From positions 50,158 to 70,157 of the IMG/VR virus record IMGVR_UViG_3300022744_000004: a stretch of 20,000 bases of DNA. One strand, given 5' to 3'. The DNA is from an uncultured virus (IMG/VR IMGVR_UViG_3300022744_000004) (lineage: Duplodnaviria; Heunggongvirae; Uroviricota; Caudoviricetes). The notes under the pieces were generated by a model. That model was not told where the DNA came from. It did no database searches and was given only the letters and a program-made list of their open reading frames with translations. A program made the translations under genes and the position numbers. Below are positions 16,366 through 20,000 of the stretch, in pieces (position 1 is the stretch's first letter; the number at the start of each line of letters is the position of its first letter).

Positions 16366-16445
16366 TTGAAATGCTCCATCATCGTTAAAACAAGGGCGTA
16401 CAGCCCAGCGAGGGTTACAACCACGCAGTCAATCCAGTCCATCAT
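16362..16445 (-). CDS. 27-aa hydrophobic peptide
   Basis: Below cutoff: MMDWIDCVVVTLAGLYALVLTMMEHFK; ATGA overlaps at both ends. Confidence 0.55.
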   Translation of the reverse strand: MMDWIDCVVVTLAGLYALVLTMMEHFK

Positions 16446-16750
16446 TTCTTCGCTGCAATCACCGCAAGCGCTATGGCTTTCTGCGGGGTGTCTGCCCTCA
16501 CACCACACCCACACCACAAATAGCGAGACAGCCACGAGTCACCGGCCTTCAATGGAAAGCAGTCGTAGCGTTCAGCTATCGGGCCGATGACGTTCCAATC
16601 GCGGTAGTCGAAGATTTGCGCCCACTCGATGTTTTCGGCTTCATCCTCTACAACGATGTCTACTTGCCCTGTTGCTGGGTAGAAGAACACTTGCTCAGGT
16701 GCCCACCCAATCGCCAGTGCGAGGGCTTTGGAAATTTCTAAGTCGGTCAT
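16442..16750 (-). CDS. DUF2591/NinX-like (ABA sandwich) phage protein
   Basis: MTD.EI..ALA.A.GW, FDY.DW...GPI.E.Y, TP..AI..AVI. Confidence 0.55.
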   Translation of the reverse strand: MTDLEISKALALAIGWAPEQVFFYPATGQVDIVVEDEAENIEWAQIFDYRDWNVIGPIAERYDCFPLKAGDSWLSRYLWCGCGVRADTPQKAIALAVIAAKK

Positions 16751-17043
16751 GCTGTCACCCATTTGGTTTCGGTATTGATTTGGACACTCTCGTAGCCATC
16801 GTACTCAGTCACGATGAACTGCGTGCCAGCGGGGAGTTCGCGCACCTCAATCTGATCCCATCCGCCCGTGTAGAAGTTCAGGTCAGGAAACTTGGACGCG
16901 ATATACGCCTTCACTTCGCTCTCCGGCGCACCGCGCTCGGCCATCTCAATGAGCGTGGGGTCTTTGAGCATGAACTCTTCGTCACCATCGTTCCATGTTG
17001 ACCAGCCCGCGCCATAGCCGGGGGAAACAAGTATCTTTGTCAT
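16747..17043 (-). CDS. Conserved hypothetical phage protein
   Basis: LVSPGYGAGWSTWN ... EYDGYESV; GGAG RBS. Confidence 0.7.
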   Translation of the reverse strand: MTKILVSPGYGAGWSTWNDGDEEFMLKDPTLIEMAERGAPESEVKAYIASKFPDLNFYTGGWDQIEVRELPAGTQFIVTEYDGYESVQINTETKWVTA

Positions 17044-17246
17044 TTCACTTCTCCTTCCAAAAAATCATGACTGCTGGAAGACACGGTGGCCGACAGGCGG
17101 CGCACTCGGTCGGTGTTGTACGCAACCATCGCAGTGGCGTACTCTTGTGCACTCAGGGATGCAAGCAACTCACGCTTGGCATCCTCCAGCTCTTGCACTG
17201 CGAGGTGGGCAGCACTGGGTGCTTTGAACGGGTTGAACAATTTCAT
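17040..17246 (-). CDS. Hypothetical helical protein
   Basis: AGGAG RBS; ATGA-coupled. Confidence 0.65.
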   Translation of the reverse strand: MKLFNPFKAPSAAHLAVQELEDAKRELLASLSAQEYATAMVAYNTDRVRRLSATVSSSSHDFLEGEVK

Positions 17247-17263
17247 AACGATCTCCTAAGAAT

Positions 17264-17303
17264 GCCGGTGGCCGACCGGCGGCGGTGGTTAACAGCGTTA
17301 ACC
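17264..17303. promoter_or_regulatory. Tandem inverted repeats in intergenic region
   Basis: GCCGGT(17264-69)/ACCGGC(17275-80); GGTTAAC(17287-93)/GTTAACC(17297-303). Confidence 0.45.
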
Positions 17304-17306
17304 GGA

Positions 17307-18530
17307 TTAGCTGCGTGTCAGGTCTTCGCTAAGGACATCTAACACTTCTTCGTATGTGTCAGTGCCATCGGTCAGGCCAACGGCGAACTGCTCATACATA
17401 ATGGCGGACATACACTTGCAGTTGATCAGATGGCGGTAGGTCGATGGCTCCTCGGGGCACATCCATGCGGATACGATCTCTTTGAGCGAGAAGTACATAC
17501 CCACACTGGCATCCCATAGCGCCTCGATCAGCAAGTCTTTGTACTCGTCGCCGGTGTTGGCTACCTTGTCATCCTTCTGCTCAGGCCAGTAGTCGGCAGC
17601 GAACGCGCCATGCGGATCATAGATGCCAGTCGTGTACTTGTACTTAGGCTGCGCAACGCTGGGCTTGCGCTCAACAGGCAGCGCATCCCAGTCAACGAGG
17701 CAGAGTTGGTCAGCAAGCTGCTGCAGGAAGCTCACGTCCTGCCACTCGCCATCACCATGCTGATGCTTGTAGCCAACCGACAGGTTGGTGCACTCAGCTA
17801 CCTTGTACACGAGATTGGCACTGTCAGTGAACACACCCGCATTGCTAGGCGAGAAGGCCAGCGTCATGTCCATCGTGGTCAGCGCATCGGCCAGCGCAAG
17901 TGCGAACGCATCGGAGCAGCAACGCGCACCACCTTGATGGGTGATCACATCGCTGTAGCCAGCGCGGTCGAACGACACGCAGCGGTCGATGTCTTTGAGG
18001 CACTTGGGGAAGTCGTCAGCCATCCAGCTAGAGCCAAGGCCGCCACACTCCTCGCCACGGAAGAACACATACAAGCCCGGCACCTTGCGGTCGATCATGT
18101 GCATCATGAGCGCAACACCTGCGCCGTCATCTGCACCAAGGCAGGCACCCTCGTCGGCACGCCAAACAATTCGTGACTGCTGACGCGCATCGAGCCGGAT
18201 GTTATTGGCCCCACCGCCCTGATGGACGGTATCTGTATGGCTTGTGAACATCGTGCGGTGGTGTGGGCCTTCACGCAAGTCAACGTGCACGTTGCCAGCG
18301 CCGTCGATCATCGTCACGGGCAGGCGGTTCACCAGCCACGCCACGAACCGCGCCTCGCTCATGCTGCCGTGGTCACGCTTGACGCTAAGCGCACGATGCA
18401 GGGTCTGCATCAGCATGGTGCTGGGCACATCCATCTCCGTCACCATCGGCAGGTGTGCGTGTTCGTATGGGGGCTTGACGTACGGTGCGTATGTCACGAT
18501 AGGGGTAGTAGGTTTGCTAGTCATTGTCAT
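17307..18530 (-). CDS. M28/M20-clan (MH) Zn metallopeptidase/amidohydrolase
   Basis: SHTDTVH, LGADDGAG, GEECGG, SFDR, TDS, HQH metal ligands; AAGGAG RBS. Confidence 0.85.
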   Translation of the reverse strand: MTMTSKPTTPIVTYAPYVKPPYEHAHLPMVTEMDVPSTMLMQTLHRALSVKRDHGSMSEARFVAWLVNRLPVTMIDGAGNVHVDLREGPHHRTMFTSHTDTVHQGGGANNIRLDARQQSRIVWRADEGACLGADDGAGVALMMHMIDRKVPGLYVFFRGEECGGLGSSWMADDFPKCLKDIDRCVSFDRAGYSDVITHQGGARCCSDAFALALADALTTMDMTLAFSPSNAGVFTDSANLVYKVAECTNLSVGYKHQHGDGEWQDVSFLQQLADQLCLVDWDALPVERKPSVAQPKYKYTTGIYDPHGAFAADYWPEQKDDKVANTGDEYKDLLIEALWDASVGMYFSLKEIVSAWMCPEEPSTYRHLINCKCMSAIMYEQFAVGLTDGTDTYEEVLDVLSEDLTRS

Positions 18531-18536
18531 TCTCCT

Positions 18537-20000
18537 TTAAGCGTTGTCTGCCATCTCGCGCAGCGAGTCGGGGTGGTACTTGCCCTCCGCGACTTCTACA
18601 CAAGCATCTTCATCGGGGTACCACTCTTCGCTGTATGCGCACTGCCAGCACTCGTCCCTCATGCGGTACGCATCGTCAGCACACTTGACTACCTCGTCGT
18701 CATCCTTGCGGTAATACTTGCCGTCGATCTCAACGATCTCGTCGTCATCCTTGCGGTAATACTTGCCGTCGATCTCAACGATCTCGTCGTCATCATTGAC
18801 GTAGTAGTCGTCGTCCGTCTCGCACTTCACGCAGTCATCGTACAGGCAGTATGCATCGCAGTTCTCGATGTACACGCAGTCGTCCTCGTGTGCGTACTCG
18901 CCATCATGCAGCTCCCTGATGCACTCAGGCAAGCTACGCGAATCGTAGTTTGTACGACCAACGACGATCACATCGTCCTCGTGCACATAGTATTCACCAC
19001 GGTAGCCCTCAGACCAGCGGTAGTTGTTGGCGCAACCACACGCACCACCGATCAAGCGATCCTCGCTGCGGCCAACCCAGATGCGGTCATCATCTTCCTC
19101 ATACACAGTCTCGCCGCAGTCCTCGCACTCACCCATCGCCTCACGGCTATCGAACGAACCATCTGTGTTGTCACAGCAGTAGCCACCACGGCGCACCAGC
19201 ACGATGTAGTTGCCATCCTCCTCGCAGTTGCGATACCCGCCGTCGATGTACGGCATCATGTACCCGCCTCGTGGGTGCGACACCTTGGCGAACTTGGTAC
19301 CGAACACCCAGCCGTCAGCCTTGTTGTAGCCCTGCTCACGCAGCCATGCTTCGAGCTTCTCGTCTGTGTACGATGTGCTGCTCTCCGTCTCACCACGCAG
19401 GTAGCTACGCACGAACGTCTTCTGCTCTGTGTGTACCAGCGCACGACCAAGCACGAGGTCAGGCTTGCCCTTCTCCAAGCGCACTGCCATGCGCCAGCCA
19501 AGTGCGGGGTCATACACCGAGTAAGGGTGGTAGTCCCATGCTACGTCACTGGACTCGCAGTTGCCAGCACGGTACTGCACCAACGCTGCGTTGTCGCCGC
19601 TGCTGAACGGGATGCTGCCATAGGTTGACTTCATACATGAGCGTGGGCCAAGCTCGACACCACTGATGATGCCCTCCTTGGTATCCCAAATCTCGAATGT
19701 GCTGGCTGCGTGTCGGCCAGCCCAATCACGGCGCACATGGTCAGCCACATGGGGCCAGTGGCGAGCTAGGTACTTGCCGATAGACGTGCGGGTCTGACGA
19801 CGACTGCCGTTGTCGATGAAGTCACGGCCAGCGGCCTCGTTGCGTGTGTAGGCGATCTGGCTATCGTCGTCGATGCTGACGTGCGGCCACTCCAGCAACA
19901 GCAGTTGCCAGTCGATGGGGCGAACCATCTCGGTGCCTACGATGTGGTTGACCACAGGGTGTAGGTCGAACGCGTGGGTGATACTAAGCCACCATTTGTG
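18537..20000 (-). CDS. Large hypothetical protein, 5'-truncated: SCM...GRALV...RSY domain + acidic Cys/Tyr-rich repeat tail
   Basis: Frame stays open from 19955 to window edge (HKWWLSITHAFDLHPV); motifs SCM, GRALVH, RSY, MPYID; CxxC repeats. Confidence 0.8.
   Translation of the reverse strand, partial: HKWWLSITHAFDLHPVVNHIVGTEMVRPIDWQLLLLEWPHVSIDDDSQIAYTRNEAAGRDFIDNGSRRQTRTSIGKYLARHWPHVADHVRRDWAGRHAASTFEIWDTKEGIISGVELGPRSCMKSTYGSIPFSSGDNAALVQYRAGNCESSDVAWDYHPYSVYDPALGWRMAVRLEKGKPDLVLGRALVHTEQKTFVRSYLRGETESSTSYTDEKLEAWLREQGYNKADGWVFGTKFAKVSHPRGGYMMPYIDGGYRNCEEDGNYIVLVRRGGYCCDNTDGSFDSREAMGECEDCGETVYEEDDDRIWVGRSEDRLIGGACGCANNYRWSEGYRGEYYVHEDDVIVVGRTNYDSRSLPECIRELHDGEYAHEDDCVYIENCDAYCLYDDCVKCETDDDYYVNDDDEIVEIDGKYYRKDDDEIVEIDGKYYRKDDDEVVKCADDAYRMRDECWQCAYSEEWYPDEDACVEVAEGKYHPDSLREMADNA
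18693..18794. repeat. 45-bp perfect in-frame tandem repeat, about 2.3 copies
   Basis: CTCGTCGTCATCCTTGCGGTAATACTTGCCGTCGATCTCAACGAT at 18693 and 18738, partial at 18783; encodes DDDEIVEIDGKYYRK. Confidence 0.95.

Larger units (their letters stand above)
1..20000 (-). mobile_element. Tailed dsDNA bacteriophage genome segment (early and DNA replication region)
   Basis: Unidirectional, densely coupled small genes; phage-type PolA without 5'-3' exo domain, VRR-NUC, Cas4-like nuclease, HNH, SF2 helicase, AAA+/vWA; no cellular housekeeping genes. Confidence 0.93.

Noticed and set aside
18693..18794. Repeat considered as CRISPR array or DGR TR/VR
   Set aside because: Head-to-tail in-frame coding duplication with no spacers, no adenine-specific mismatches and no reverse transcriptase
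18222..19628. 468-aa plus-strand ORF
   Set aside because: Antisense shadow of a D/E/Y-rich minus-strand gene; V/A/L-rich with no motifs or RBS
1..20000. Stop-codon reassignment
   Set aside because: Standard-code ORFs tile the strand with intact enzymes; TAA, TAG and TGA all serve as stops

Overview
This window is a segment of a tailed dsDNA phage genome (virion or prophage) with fairly high GC. About 45 genes all lie on the minus strand, tightly packed and mostly translationally coupled through ATGA/TGATG/TAATG overlaps. In transcription order (right to left) it holds: (1) a truncated protein with an acidic Cys-rich repeat tail, followed by an M28-like Zn hydrolase; (2) small early genes; (3) an extended -10 promoter ahead of a MoxR-type AAA+ ATPase / zincin-vWA / paralog pair / DUF3150-like / Nmad5-like module; (4) a mosaic block of small accessory genes; (5) a DNA metabolism block with a MazG-like protein, DEDDh exonuclease, VRR-NUC, family A DNA polymerase (Leu762 type with a fingers insertion), HExxH protein, Cas4-like nuclease, two HNH proteins and the start of an SF2 helicase. 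I saw no structural genes, tRNAs, CRISPR arrays, integrase or reverse transcriptase. Family calls come from motif recognition by eye, not from database searches.
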